A stretch of 64,000 nucleotides of DNA from Klebsormidium nitens. Lineage: Eukaryota > Plantae > Klebsormidiophyceae. The stretch covers positions 1 to 64,000 of the forward strand of contig DF237065.1 of the NCBI GenBank assembly GCA_000708835.1, written 5' to 3'. Of this stretch, positions 1-13,265 are shown piece after piece (the first letter of the stretch is position 1; each line of letters begins with the position of its first letter). The notes under the pieces were generated by a model. The model was not told the DNA's origin. It searched no databases and saw only the letters and a list, made by a program, of their open reading frames with translations. Both the position numbers and the translations under genes were made by a program.

Positions 1-1
1 T

Positions 2-274
2 AAGTCCTTCGTCAGCGAATTTAAGAATTCCCTTGCCCAAATTGGCATGCAATCTGCCCGCTACTCCGGGCACTCTTTTCGGCGGGGCGGCGCAACTTTT
101 GCGTTCCAATGTGGCGCCTCCCCGGCCCAAATTAAAGAACAGGGCGATTGAAAATCCTCCGCTTATCTCCTTTACCTCGAGTTCGACGACCCGGCTCGTG
201 CCCGGGTCGCGGCGCTTATGGCGCATTCTATTCTGCTTACGACTTGGCGGTTCCCCGGTCAGCCTCAACACTAG
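2..274 (+). pseudogene. C-terminal fragment of a tyrosine recombinase from a DIRS/PAT-like retrotransposon, with a premature stop; the element runs off the left edge of the window
   Basis: Frame 2 reads KSFVSEFKNSLAQIGMQSARYSGHSFRRGGATFAFQCGASPAQIKEQGD*KSSAYLLYLEFDD..., matching the H-S-F-R-x-G-G-A-T...G-D-W-K-S-x-A-Y-x-x-Y catalytic tail of DIRS-type recombinases. The conserved Trp codon is TGA at 149-151. Missed by the ORF track because it has no ATG and contains the stop. Confidence 0.85.
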
Positions 275-501
275 CATCTCCACCGAGCGAAGCTGAAGAC
301 GAAGAAATCAGCCCGGTTTAGTCTACTAGTGTTAAGGCCGACCAGTTACTTGGAGGGTAGGCTAGTCCTTAGGATCCTTCCAGGGGGTAAATCGAGCGTG
401 TTCGATCAGCCCCTAGTCACCGGATTTATTAAAGGCGGACCCTGCCTATTTCCCCCAGTCGTTCGCAATATTCACGTTCCAGACACGGGCACAAGATTTA
501 G

Positions 502-3500
502 GATTTCCTACCCTTCCTGATCGAAGATTGTGAAGAAAGTCGGACAGGGGGAAGGGTGCCCACCCTTCACTATACCTACGTCAAGCGTCAGATCCATACT
601 GCCGCAGGAGTTCTTGCAGCAGGAATCATGGCAACTTGGGCGCCCATCTCGTTGTCGGGGCCAGAAGAACTGAAGGATATCTTTCCAGGAGTGCGGGGTC
701 TCCAGAAGATCCAGCAGACTCCACAGGAGCAAAGGAACACTGGAGTGCTCCCTGTGATTGGGGCCGACCCGGTTGTGCTCCAGAAGGCTATCAATTTCCT
801 CTTCAGCATCAACAGCAGGATAAAGTCCTCCGTTAGCAGGAGCAACGGCAGGGAGGCCCCCAAAGTCCTCGCTCTCTCAGGGCTGTTGATCGGGATCGTC
901 GAGATTGCAAAGCGGTTGCCTACTGCAGCAAAAGCAAGCGCGACTGCAGACTTGGGACTGGATCAGCCTTTCGCAAGTGCTTTTGCAAACGTTGCTGACC
1001 CCTCCGCAACAACCGCAGCGTGCACGACAGTGTACAAGGAGGGTAGTATGGATCACAACGAGCTTCTGGATGACCAGGCGCGGCTTGCTGCAGTGGAGGG
1101 AGAGGAACACGCCTATGGACCTGGTCCTGCTGCTCCCGCTCCCAAAAAACAGAAGCTCGAAGTCTCCAAAGTCACAGGAAAAGCGAGCACCCAAGAGAGT
1201 TCTCCCTCGAAAGTTAAGCCCGGATCTCGCAGAATGGAGACACCTCCGGAGGCTGGCCCACAGGTTTCCCCACCACCTATGGAGGGCACGGCGGGCGGAT
1301 CGGGAAGCAGAATAAGCCGCCTCTCCAAAGGCGTGTCATATCGTGTGCTCAACTTCGAACAACAATACGAGCATCTTAGGGACGTCTGGTTGTTGAATCA
1401 GTCTTCGTACCAGCCAAATCTTTACTTTACGGCTGTCTTTTCAGGTAAGGAAATCATACCAGCACTTTGCTTGTTTCAGAGCGTGTTTGCTGAGCGGTTT
1501 GCTCTTGTTTCTTGGGGACTTAATAATTTTGACTGATGTTTTTGTTTGACTGACTGACTGTGTTTGTCCACTGCGCGCTACTGCGCCTTAGTCCTTGCAC
1601 TTGCTGCCTTGGTACTAGGGTGTGGTGCACACACTTATATATGAGCTTGTCAAATAGAGCCATTGGATGACCCTGATTGGCTGGCCTGACGTATCTATTT
1701 GTTCTGCAGAGCTCCAACTGGAGCTGGTGGTCAACCTGGAGACGGGTGAAGTTACAGTTCGGCGGGCCGTCTGGGAGGCCAAGGCTAGCCTCCGGCAAGG
1801 GTACCGCAAGAAGATCGACCAGGCCGCAAAAACCGCCGTGTGTGTTTACATAAACAACTTGGCACACGGTGTGGTTATCAAGAACGTATATGTTCTGGTG
1901 GGTGATGACGAGGAAATGGTTGTCGGTAGAACGCCGCTTGCTGCTCCTTTTTGCTATTTGACTTACAAGCAGCTATTGCCGCTCAGCTTGGTGTAGTAGC
2001 TTTGACCATTGTCCTTCTTTGGTGCCCAAGTATTCATGTTTTGTGAACTCCTAACTTTGAACCCATGTTGCCATAAGATTCGATCCGGAAAGTGCCGCCT
2101 TCGTTTTGGTTTGACCTAGCTGGCAGCTTGCGGTAACCCCATTTGCAGTCTGGATTGGCCAGTTTTGTTTCGAAGCAACAGCAGGGACTATGGACACTCC
2201 GCCTTGATCACATGGTAATACTGATCACTTTTCCTTCTTGCTGAGCAGTGCAGTTCACGCCGGAGAATACTGGCTGGGAGCTCGGTTATCACCCGCATGA
2301 GCTGCGGGGGGACATCTTCGTGTCGGAGTTCCTTGAGTTGTCAAAACGGGACCCCAAGAACCCCATGGAGTTCAAGGTAAGCTGGCTACATTCTTTCTCA
2401 GGAAGTCAAGCTCTGCTTGCAATGTGACGCAAATTGGAACTTGGGTGTCAGCAGGGACGGCATACTTACTTTGGGGTTCGCACCGGGCTTCTTGTTTCAG
2501 AACAAAGCAATTTTGGGGCCATTTTTGGGATTGGGACGTGGCATACTCGTACCTGCAGGTCAGAAACTGATTGTGGACGGAAAGATGGCTGCTGGGTATC
2601 AAATACTGTATCATCCAAGAGTAGGGTGTGCCTCAGCTAGTTGCTTTCTGCTTCTGCTCATTCCTCTGCGCAGAGATGGTTGTCCTGCCCACGTGCAGTT
2701 ATCTAACTTCTTGCCTTATGTAAGTCAAGAGTCTCTTAGGACGTTCGGCAACACCAACAAACTCCTCTACTTTTTTCAAGAAGGACTGAGAAAGGAAAAC
2801 CACCATTCGACCATTTCATGCGGGTAAAATCATAGCTCGACATTTGTTTGTTGCAACAACTTCCTCTGTCCCGATCTTTGTTCATCATCGTAAACCCAAC
2901 CTGTGGCTTACATAGAGCAATGTCTGATCTTTGCTTCTTGCATGTGGCAGGCCGGCGACCAACTGTTGAAGGGGGGGACATACATTCTGAAGGCGTTCCT
3001 GGGGGACGCGCTGTCGAAGCTGAGCGTCAAGGAGATGGACGACATCCTGGTAGACATCGAGGTCAGCCAGGTGTTGTCGAGCATCCACCTCATGCAGGAC
3101 GCCTTCAGGGAGGAGGCGCCGTGGTTTGAAGAACCTCTGCATCGCTTGGAGCGGAAGGGAGATGACCAGGCATGCCCTTCATCTTTGGCCCAGTGCTTTC
3201 TTACCGCTTGCCCATGCTCTTCTGTGCGAACCAGCCTGAATTTTGTCAAGGAATTGCCAGCCTGGTTTTCGATCACGGGCTCTGCGAGCGAGATGCTCGA
3301 CATGGCGAGCTTCTGACCCGCAGGAATTCTGCCTGATGAGCTGGGATAAGGGGATTAGGTCAGGGAGTTCCTTGGGGCGGCACCTTGTTGCCCCCTATCC
3401 TATCTGCCATGCCAACTTAATTTTCAATCAGAAGGTTGCACGACAGGGGAGGTCCTGCTCCGGTGTGGCAGTACCCTCTCGTGTCCTGGCTGATGTGTAG

Positions 3501-4849
3501 ACATAGATTGTGCAGCGCGTTGCACACGATATCTTCCGTTTGAACCTTCTGTCGAGCAACCTGATGATACTTCAGAATCATAAGGCGTGAGCTAGACAGC
3601 TATCAGTCTTGGTGATTCAGCTTGCCAAGTTGCTTAAGCTAGCTCAAGAAGAAAGTCTGGTCGCTCACTCGCTTGCTCGCACGTGATCAACCTCTGTGTA
3701 TTGCAGGACGTCCCTCCAGAAGAGCAGTTAGGCAGAGTGACCAGGGGGAAGGTCAAGCGGCAACGAGAGGTGGCGGCCTACGAGAAGATACCTGTCCCAG
3801 TAAGGGCGTCTTTGCTTAATAATTGGCCAGACTTGGATTTTGGGATGCAGCGTCCAAGAGCTTCTGCAGATGCCACTAGTGGCTTGTTCCGTCCTTCTAA
3901 TGCTACTCAAGCTGTGCTTGGATAGAGGCCACAATAAACTGCTAACAGCAGTCGATTAAGGTAAGGGATTTGACCAGTGCCGTCTCCTGTCATGCTCATA
4001 CGTCTCGTATTGACCTTTCCATCGTCTCTCCAGGTCCCACCAAGGCCCCCTCCAATGGACCCCAAGAAGTTTGAATGGAGACGGCTCCTTGAAGAAGGCG
4101 ACCGGTATGAAGCGGTAGGGAAAGAGGTGCGGCGGCGCGGACAAGACCTTCAAAGGCAAAGGTACGTTTCCTTGAGTGCTCATCGGAGCCCTTGCTCGAG
4201 GTTGGCAAACGTCTGGAACAGGATCGACCTTGGTAGAAACACGGGTAGAACCTCGAATGATGTGCAGCAATATTGAGGTAACCTTCTACAGTCAGGAGTT
4301 TAAGCACACATCTACATGTCTGCCAAGACCTTTCTTCACACCGTCTCCAGAGCTACGAGTTGGGGCCTAACCAGACTGAGGAGCGAAAACTCGGCGGCAG
4401 CCTGGGGTCCACCTTCGAGTCAAGTGGTTTTCTTGTTTGGATATGTTTACGGAAGTGCCCAACGCAGGTGTGACCTGCAGAGCATGAGGAGAAACGTGGC
4501 GGGCTCTACCACTCATCGGGTAGCATGAAGACTAATCTTCGGAGTTTTTTGCGGCAAGGAAGCATCTGATTCTGTGAAGTTCAGCATTGGAAGCTCCTCA
4601 TCGGGAACTCAGCCAGGAGATATCTCTCAACGATGAGTTTATGCAGTATTCAGGAATGTCATGGCGGACGCAGTCAGTTTCGGAGTTTGCCGAGTACGTA
4701 TTACTACATCTTATTGCTCTCGTTATAACGTCGAGATGGTCGGAGACGGCTTGGTTGAGGAAGCTCCATACCTTATTTGCAGGCTGGAGGAGATTGCGAG
4801 AATAAGGAAGATGCAGGAGGACGAGCTGGCCGAGATCAACAAGTCCTGA
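502..4849 (+). CDS. Multi-exon gene of unknown function; 5' end unclear (open frame begins right after TAG at 499-501; first ATG at 628)
   Basis: Largely phase-compatible exon chain: ~502-1444 (..FTAVFS), ~1709-1926 (ELQLELVVNLETGEV..), ~2249-2377 (VQFTPENTGWELGY..MEFK), ~2566-2622 (KLIVDGKMAAGYQILYHPR), ~2951-3169 (AGDQLLKGGTYILKAF..), ~3707-3799 (DVPPEEQLG..), ~4033-4162 (VPPRPPPMDPKKFEW..), ~4783-4849 (LEEIARIRKMQEDELAEINKS*). The junction at 3169 needs a weak GC donor or a missed exon. No family recognised with confidence. Confidence 0.6.
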
Positions 4850-5926
4850 TCAGGTAACTGGTGCTCGGACAAATGCAGCAAATGGAACCGACTTCTGCCC
4901 GGAAAAACCATGCACATGCCAAGTGTTTAAAGGATGCATGTAATCAGCATTGAGTTTATCAACCAAGAGCGTGTACAGTGTGCAATCAAGGTCATGTACT
5001 ATAGCCGTTGACATTTTCTCTTTGGACGCATGCCACAGTAAAGTCACCTTCGTCTTCTTCCTTGCAGGTGACACTATGGGTATGCTAGGGCAGGGTGGTT
5101 CGTTAGGGCGCTAGAAGGTTAGGTGGTCCCACTATGTCATAGGGCCGTTCAGTGGGCACGATTCGGTTGCAAATCTGGCCAATCACGTGCAAACTAGTCA
5201 TCCATTGGGTCACCTGATGAAGGACTTGTCGTATGAAACTTTGTACACATGGAAGTATGATTCAGGACGTGAACTTCTGATCTTGTTGAGACCACTTGGA
5301 ATATTATAGATCAGTTGAGAGGTTGATCGGAAACATCAGTGCATGCTGCACATATGTATGCAACTACTATATTTTTTGAAAGGTCCGAAATTGCCGCCTA
5401 ATCTGTCATGGCCTGCCCGCTGCATGGCCGCCTAGTTGACTGCATCCGATAGCACTACGGCTCGAATACGCCGCTGTGATGGTCCAATTGGAACATGCTG
5501 CAGAACTTAGCATGCACTTGACTTTCTGCAGTCGGAATACACATGTAAATACTTGCGTGCCAGACACTGGGCAACCTGCCGCCCATATCGTTTGGGACTC
5601 GCCGGGTGCCAGACATATTGTTGCGGCAGCTAAGCTACTTAAGACTTATATGCATTATTGCTCCCTTGACAGGGAACATGTCAAAGTCGAAACCCGTGCC
5701 CGTTAAGCACGGCTAGTGATCTAGTGAGGCTAAACTAGGCGGCTACCCTCTGCAGCATTGCCGTGCTACTTTGACATTGAGATCGACTTTACAGCAACAA
5801 ATTGGACAAAGACATGGGCAGGATTGCAGACATCCGTTTCCCGCCCTATTCCGCAGGTCAAAGCTGTGCTACGTACACGTGGAACCTTTAAACCGGATGT
5901 GACGGGCCGCAAATAGAATTTGGTCT

Positions 5927-8900
5927 TTATCCTTCGCACTTGGTGAACTTCAAGGTCTCTCGCGGTCGAAGCGGCAGGTTTGCTTCGCTTCGCACGAGTG
6001 CAGCTTTCGTCCGGTTGACGAGCTCAACATGTTCCCTGCAAACATAAACGTTACACATTCAGAATGTGTACAACAGCCAGGAACACGTGAAAGTGATCGA
6101 GCTCGCGAAGCTCTAGGGAGTAATCAGCATATGCTTGCATATGGGTAACTCCCGAAAGATGTTAGAACCAGCCTTGATCTATGAACAGCTCCTGAGGTTT
6201 CTGAAAAAGGCGACAGTACCCAGATTGCTGGCTCCTATTTGCAGCTCGCATCCCCGATTCGGATCATCCCGTCTGAAACCAGGTTCGCAACCCGGTCATT
6301 CCTATCAACGGGGTCTTGTGCTCTTAAAACGACGACACGGTACCTGGCCGCTTTCAGGTCAGCCGCCGCCAGGTGATTGCCCATCTTTCGGAACTCCCCA
6401 CCCAACGCGATCGCGAACGCGCGCTCGGCCGTCTTCCGCTGCGCGAGCTGCGCGCGCGCGGACCTGCGCTTCCGGGCCGCGCGCTCCTCCGCCTCGCTGA
6501 TCTGCCGACACGTGGCGGCCTCCGCGCGCAAGTGCACGCGCTCCTTGGCAGCGACTTTGGCGATCGCCTGGAAGCCCGAAAAAAAACAACTAATATTTCG
6601 ACTCCAGTTTTCCGCGTCTTCTTTTACTACGTTGGTAACCCGCCTATGAAAGGTAATCGTGCAGCCGCAAAACACATCGCTGGCGCCGGTTCAGAGCACC
6701 CCGCGTTTATAAGTAACGTTTGGAGGTCGGGGTTCTGTCGTCCATATTTTCTAGGCGGTTCTTGACTTTTGCTGTTTATGAATAAAGGTGAACCGAGACG
6801 GCCGCAATATCCACGTAAAGGGAGAGACGTATTGCGTCCATTCTGGCCTGTGTCCTGCTTTGTTTGATTTAGAGAGCTTTTGAGAGTAGCCGGATCTTCT
6901 ACTGCTTAGAAGGTTTTCATTGTCACCTTCAAAGTAGCGTTATGTTTTTTCAGTCACATCCTTATAAACCCGCTTACGAAGCGACCCACGAGAGGGGATG
7001 CGGACTACCAGAGACGCTGATGTTCAAAAGCCGGAAGCCCTGTGCTTTTGCGGACCTAGCAGAAGGACGGTTTATGAGTAGAAAAACACTGCAGCACCGA
7101 ACTCGCAATCTGAGAGAGGTACTCCAACCACCGCGCGCGCACCTGCGCGTGCCGGGCGACCCGCTCCCTCATCTCCCCTCTCAGCCGCGTCGCCTCCAGG
7201 CGGCTCTCCTCGGCCCTCATCCTCTTGCGCTCTTCCTCCTCCGCCCAAGCGCGCGCGGCGCGCGCGAGCAGCTGGGCTTCCGTTTCCGCGCTCACAATGG
7301 GGCGCGCGAAGAGGCCCGTTTGAGTGGTGCGTAAGAGGCCCGTGAGCGCGTGCGCGCTCGCGCGCAGGGAGGCGGAGGTCACGGCGCGCACTTCCGCACG
7401 CCAGAGCCGTTCCCTGTAAAACCATAGAGAATCTATCGTTTGTCATCAAGCGTGACAAGTCTTTATTCTTAGCCCGCTTCTGTCGTTGAGTACGTCTCTC
7501 GAGAAAGTGGTGTATGCATGTGAGTTGCGGCGAAATGAGCTCTACATCAGAAGTACCTTGGTCGGAAAATGTTCTTCCTTCCAGGGGATTTGTAGAACAG
7601 CACCTGTCTCGAGGTGAACACGATGATCCAGCGCAGGGCACTCTTGATTCTGTGCGGAAAACCTTTTATTCAGAAGAAGACCTTTAAAAGCAAGAGTGAC
7701 ACCCACCTCTCCCACCGCGTCTTCAGCGTCCGTAACGCGTTCGCGCGCTGTGCGTTTTCGTCCGCAATCGTGTCCCTTGTGATCGCTGGCGCGTCAGTCA
7801 GGGTCTGCTGTCCGAATAGTCTCAGCCTTCGGGTGTCGGGATCCGGTTTGCCGCTGCGCCCCGGTTCTTGTAACAACTGCGACAATAGCAAGGAGCGTTT
7901 GGCTTCAATCCAGAATCGGTGAATATACTGTTAGGAGTAGATTAGGGTGCTCGGAGCCTGCCTGAGCCCTCGTCAAATGCTTTGGGTTTACGGCAAATCA
8001 TGACGACAACGGGTGAACGGCTGCTTCCACTGACATGCCGCTACTGGGTGACCATGCGGTATCGATGTAGTCGTATGTTTTGCAAACGGGTTCAAGACGT
8101 CCTTGTAGCACTTGATACCCCTCTATTAATGACTCTTTTGCTTCTTCAACGCTCGAAGCCTCTTTACGTGAGTAGACCTTTGAGAACCTCAGGGTGCTGT
8201 TCCCAAAAAATGACGCTTGGGGTCGCTTTGACTTTCACCCGTTTCGACTGTGCTTTATCATTTATACGGCAATTCGGAAATCTGGTGCAAATCCTCCCTC
8301 GATTGGAGGACGTGAGCGAATAAAAAGTGGAATCGACGGAAAGACACTGTTGATGCAGCTGTCAGGATCTTTCCACTAATCATCGTTAAACCCACCAGTT
8401 CCCGCAGCCTCGTGTATCAGTGCTCCCCTTTGTCCTGAAAAAGCGTGGAATAACACGTACTGTTGGATAACCCACCTCTTCGATGCGCCCCATTGCCAAG
8501 TCCAGCCAATTCAGTCCTTTCCCGTGGACCCACAAGTCTTTGCGGACCAGCCCATAGACCGCGGCCCACTCGCGCGCGCGCAGGGTATCCACGGACATGC
8601 TCAGTAGCGTGTCCGCAACTTCCTCGACCGTCCGGTGTTCCGTTCCGCCCGCTTCCGCTCTGTTCAGCTCCGTTCCGTCCGCTTCCGTTCCGTACGGTTT
8701 CCAGGGCGAGGCTTCGTCGAAAAAGCCTTCACTTTCGGCGGAGGATTTGGCGGCGGTGGGGATGGGCGAGTGGGCAGCATAGGCGGGGCTCGGGTCATGG
8801 AAAGGCGCCGTCTGCTTATTGGGCGGAGCGGCGGAAACGAGCCGCACGCCGCACCCTTCCTGTGAGGACACGTGTTAAGGACCTCATTATCGTCAGTCGT

Positions 8901-11900
8901 TCTGTGGAGCAGTACGTCTGCGTCTGCTAGTCATAAACAAGTGCGAATTCTTTCGATAAAGATGCGTGAGAAGCAGCTTCCAAGGAACGCTCAGCTAAAG
9001 AGGCTTTACGAATTTAGAACAAGGCGGAGTTGCACCGAAGGGCTCGCAAGCAAAAGACGCCCCTGACGGGCGGCAATATGGAATCCTTTTACCTTGAGAT
9101 TGTACGTGAGCGCATAAAGCAGAACCGCCCGCCTCTGCGCCTCTTCCTTACTGTCGAAGCGCAACAGCTTCACGATCCGCCTCCCTTTTTCGACGTCGAA
9201 AGGCGACGCTCCAGCGCTTCGCCCGGTTCTCGGCTCTCCGAGTATTCGTTTCTCCTTATCTATAGGTGAACCGGCGGCCGTCGCTTTTCTTTTTGGTGGC
9301 GTTCCCTTAGTCGACGCCCCAGTCATAGGCCGCCAGAAAATTTCAATAAGCGTTCCCCTCTCGTCAGCTGTAGGCAAATCGGCCCCAGTGTTGGTTCTCT
9401 TTGGTGGAGTTTCGACAGCCGTCGCCCCGGTCATAGGCCGCCGCACGCTCCCAATAAGCGCTGACGTGGACTCTCGGAGTGGCAACACATTATCATACAG
9501 CTGCCCGTTTTCGTACAGCACGTGGCTCCTCGGGATGACGTCACCATTCTCCTGCACGACTTCGGGGCGTTCCGCCGGAAAAGACGCATTGGTTCCGGTC
9601 GTCGGGCGGAAGCCCCACTCCTCGGGCCGCGCCGAGAAGCGCGGGCGGGTGGAAACGTCGAAAGCGTGGGGGCTCCCGGGGGATCCCTCCGGCAGTTTTC
9701 CGGGGGATCCCTCTGGGGGCCCTGTAGCGGTACTGACTTTGCTCTGACCCAGCACGGAAGCGAGCCCCTCTTGTTTCACCCCTTCTGTTAACAGGGCCTC
9801 TAATGGTTTTGATTCAGCCTCAGACGGATCAATCTCGCGGGTTGGAAAGTTGACCCCTAGCCACCGCGGGAAAGGCGCCTTTCGGAAGGGCAGGGTGAAG
9901 TGGTGTAAATGCAATCGGGCGCCGGCCGCGAAGGTGAAGCGGATCTTCTGCTCAGGCAGGACGGGGCGTATTCTCATCTCTGAGTGCCTGCATGTGGGTA
10001 GGCCATTGCCGTATAAGAAGCGACATCTGACTCTGGATGAGTCGTGAAATTGATGCTATCCAGGGACTCGTCTTAAGAAACAAAGACAACGCGTTAAATT
10101 GAACATATTTTTCTGAATGATTCAAAGGGCGCGGTAAGTTGGCGATGGAACTTAAGATTCTTAACTCGCTTTTGAAGTTGTGTCGGCCCTGAAAGAGGTA
10201 AGGTCATTATTACTACTTCGATCCAACATCTGTGCGAGTCAGAAATACGGCTAACGAACGGCGCGAAACGACACACGAAGCAGACCGTCCCAATATCCTC
10301 TGTGAAAGCAGCTCCTCCACGATCCGTCTCGCGCTACCGCAATTAGAGCAAACAACGCACGCGCATCTGCCATCCACCAATATGCTCCGCTTTCATGTAA
10401 TGAAGGCCACTTCCCAAAAAGCAATCGTTATTCTACATTGTTAAATCATTTAAAAAGAAGGCCGTTTCACATTTTATACAACCATCATTTTAAAGCTGAA
10501 GCCATTCAGAAGAAGACAACAAACATCCACCTGAGCATGCGCGCGTGCTCCGCGAGGCTCATCGCCAGCGTCTCGTGCGCGGCCTGCGCGGCGACCTCGC
10601 GCAGCTGGCGCAGCAGCGCGCAACGCGCGCGCAGCAGAAACGCGCGCCAGTAGCGCTGCACGCACACCGCCGCGCGGCGCTCCAGAACTTGCCGGTGGAG
10701 GCTGACCGGGAGGCGCGCGCGGCCGCGGACGGCGCGCCAGGCGGCCTGCGCGGCGACGTCCGATGAAGAGGTGGGTTTGGGTTTGAGTTTAGTGCTAAAG
10801 AGCTGGGTGATGAGCATGCCTAAAGAAGTCCAAACTTTGCGGCTGGCTTCAGAGTTCCGCTCCTTCCATTATATCGAAGTGAATCAGTATTTTGCTCTAT
10901 CGGTGCGCCTACATGTCCTTTTTCGTTGGGCAATGTCCCGCCAGCCATGCGGAAACAGCCGTAACGCGCCGGGGAGTAGAGCTCGTAGTCAATCATCCGT
11001 AGAGCGGCAGATCCGTTTTGCGAGCGAGATTCTGGGGTTTTAGCAATTTCAGACTTGGGCGGTACGTCCTATGAGGATGGATTTCGATCAGAAACAACGA
11101 AATTGTACAAAGTCAGATCGGCATCAAGAGACAAATAAGTAGCCCGCCTCACCTGAATGGAACACGCCGCAGCAACCGTTCTCACAGTCTCCTCGCAGAA
11201 GGCCGTTAATGGGCATTCGCAGTACCGCTCGGCGCAGGGTATTCGGACGCCGGACGGAAGAAGAGCCGCCTTCTCGACCGTCCGATCTTCGTGGTTGAAC
11301 AGCGTGATGAGGTCACTGAAGGCGGCCAGTGCGGCTTGGCTGGGGAGAGTTATCCGCACAAGAGATGCGTCTGCAAAGAGCCAGGAGAGCGGATTCGGAT
11401 GGAGAAACGGAACGCAAAGATGGTCGAAAGTCTGATGTCGCCGCAAAAGTGCTCAGGGGATGGTCGGGCTGTGCGATACATAAAAACAGTGGAAGAAAAT
11501 TCGGGCAAGGATTCGCGTCAGCTAGAGCCGCTTATTTGGGTAGAGGATCTCGCACAAGGTGTGTGGCTGCACAGAGCCGAGAGAGCGGAATTGGGGACAT
11601 AACCGCGACGGAAATCTGGGTTCCGGAATCGTTTGATCAGAGGGACGCCGGACTGTGCACAGGGAAATGGTCGACCTCTGCGGCTTTGAAGCATTGAAAA
11701 GCCCAGTCCTGACCACTAGCCACGCACTTTCATCATTCCCCTGAAGCTGGTAGGAGTTTTGTTTTCTTCGCCGGATGCTTACTCATCCCCACTGATGTGC
11801 CGAGAAAGTGCTCCATACATCGGGGAATTGACCTGACTGATGATCAGGAAATGAAACGACATTCCACAGCCGTTCGTTTCGCAATCACCCCTTGCTTTGA

Positions 11901-13265
11901 GAATACACCTCGCAAAGTCCTTCAAGAACGTCGCCGAGAAATGTCGTGAGTGAATGACAACCAAGAAGGCAGCCAAGATTCGCTGTAGCTTTGTAGATGG
12001 GTGCACCTCTCTCTTTCCGCTCTCTCCCGGCCAGCCTTCGTAGTTCCGCCCGTTCGTATGGTAGCAGGCAGCAGCCGCGGCGCCGGAGCAGGCGTATGTC
12101 GACGGAATGAGCGGTTTGCACCTGCAGAGAACGTGCACGAAGGTCTTAAACGCGTACGGGATTTTAGAACACTTTTTCCGAAAGGCAAAGTATCAGTTCA
12201 CCGTTGACTCGAAGAGCGCTTGTTACATAAGGCAGTCTTCAAGGCCACCATTTGATCGCAAAGCGAGATATCGAATCAAATACCTGGGTGGACTCGAAGC
12301 GCGGTCCACGTATGAGCAACCAGTGTCCGTGCGCGTGTCACAGTGACATCGCATGCTTCGCCGTTACTAGACGATCTTGTCCTGTCACGAACACAGGTTC
12401 ACATTCTGCTTGGATGGTCGTCACAATCTACAGAGATTTTCTTGGAAGGTGTTGGTTATCATAAATATCTCTGGTTTTGCGACCATTCGTGGGTTTGGGC
12501 TCCAAGAGGGAACTTTGTAGCTGGTGGCTTTCATTCTACGTTGGAAAGCCAGCTTGTAACTCGAAGGAAGAGGCCGTGCTTTGCCGCACCTGGGGTGCAA
12601 ATCGAAGGAACGCCTTTGCTTGTCCGATTGGCGATGTGCGGAGAACCAGCCCGGGCGCAGCGGAAGACTCGCTGAAGCCGCTCAGCGCATCGCCGTTCAG
12701 GTCTCTGCAAAGTGTGGAATCAATCACGAACTTGGTTACAGAACTACTTCGAATCGAATGTTGCAGCTGTTGCTGCTTTACTGGGGGGACTCTCATTCAC
12801 GAAACGATAATCCTTCAGACGTTTGGCATACAGATGAGTACGAGTATTCGAAGGATCCAGTAAGTTGGAACAGCTAGGAAAGCTCGAAACAGCATAGATT
12901 GCACCCCACCAGGGTTAGCAAACGCGGCCAGAGCTCGTTTCATGCATTAAAGAGGGTATATGCATCCACGGAAAGTGATAGAGAAGATTGATTGGTATCT
13001 CAGCTCACATCCAGTCTGCAGGGAGCCGGTACAGCTTCAGCCGCGTCGACTCAAACGTACACTCCTTAGAAGTCTCCCCCACTTCGTTGCATGCTTCCTG
13101 CAAGATCTGCTGCGCAACAGCAACCTGACCAGCTGCCACGTAGACTCTCCGGTTAGGCACTCTGGTTTCCGCATTGCTTGCACGCCGTTCTCTTGAGCCG
13201 GGATTGCTGATTTCTCGAATTTCTGGAGCGTCAAACTCGAGCTTCTCTACCAAGAGACGGGCCAT
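5927..13265 (-). CDS. IQ-motif (calmodulin-binding) and coiled-coil protein, about 11 exons, possibly flagellar
   Basis: Phase-consistent chain from ATG 13265 (MARLLVEKLEF..) via ~12714-12590, ~12120-12003, ~11380-11151, ~10742-10530, ~9987-9090, ~8862-8478, ~7875-7710, ~7412-7141, ~6569-6345 to ~6036-5927 (..TLKFTKCEG*). Splicing creates the IQ motif AAACSIQ|AAWRAVRGR, followed by a second one, AAVCVQRYWRAFLLR. The C-terminus is an E/R/A-rich coiled coil. Confidence 0.75.
9310..9470 (-). repeat. In-frame 108-bp (36-aa) tandem duplication inside an exon of the IQ gene
   Basis: gtcataggccgcc occurs at 9322 and 9430; protein reads LIGSVRRPMTGATAVETPPKR.. then LIEIFWRPMTGASTKGTPPKR.. Confidence 0.8.

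Noticed and set aside
12590-12714. Alternative frame giving an IQ-like AERLQRVFR in this exon
   Set aside because: Splice phases with the flanking exons support the other frame (DLNGDALSGF..FAPQ).
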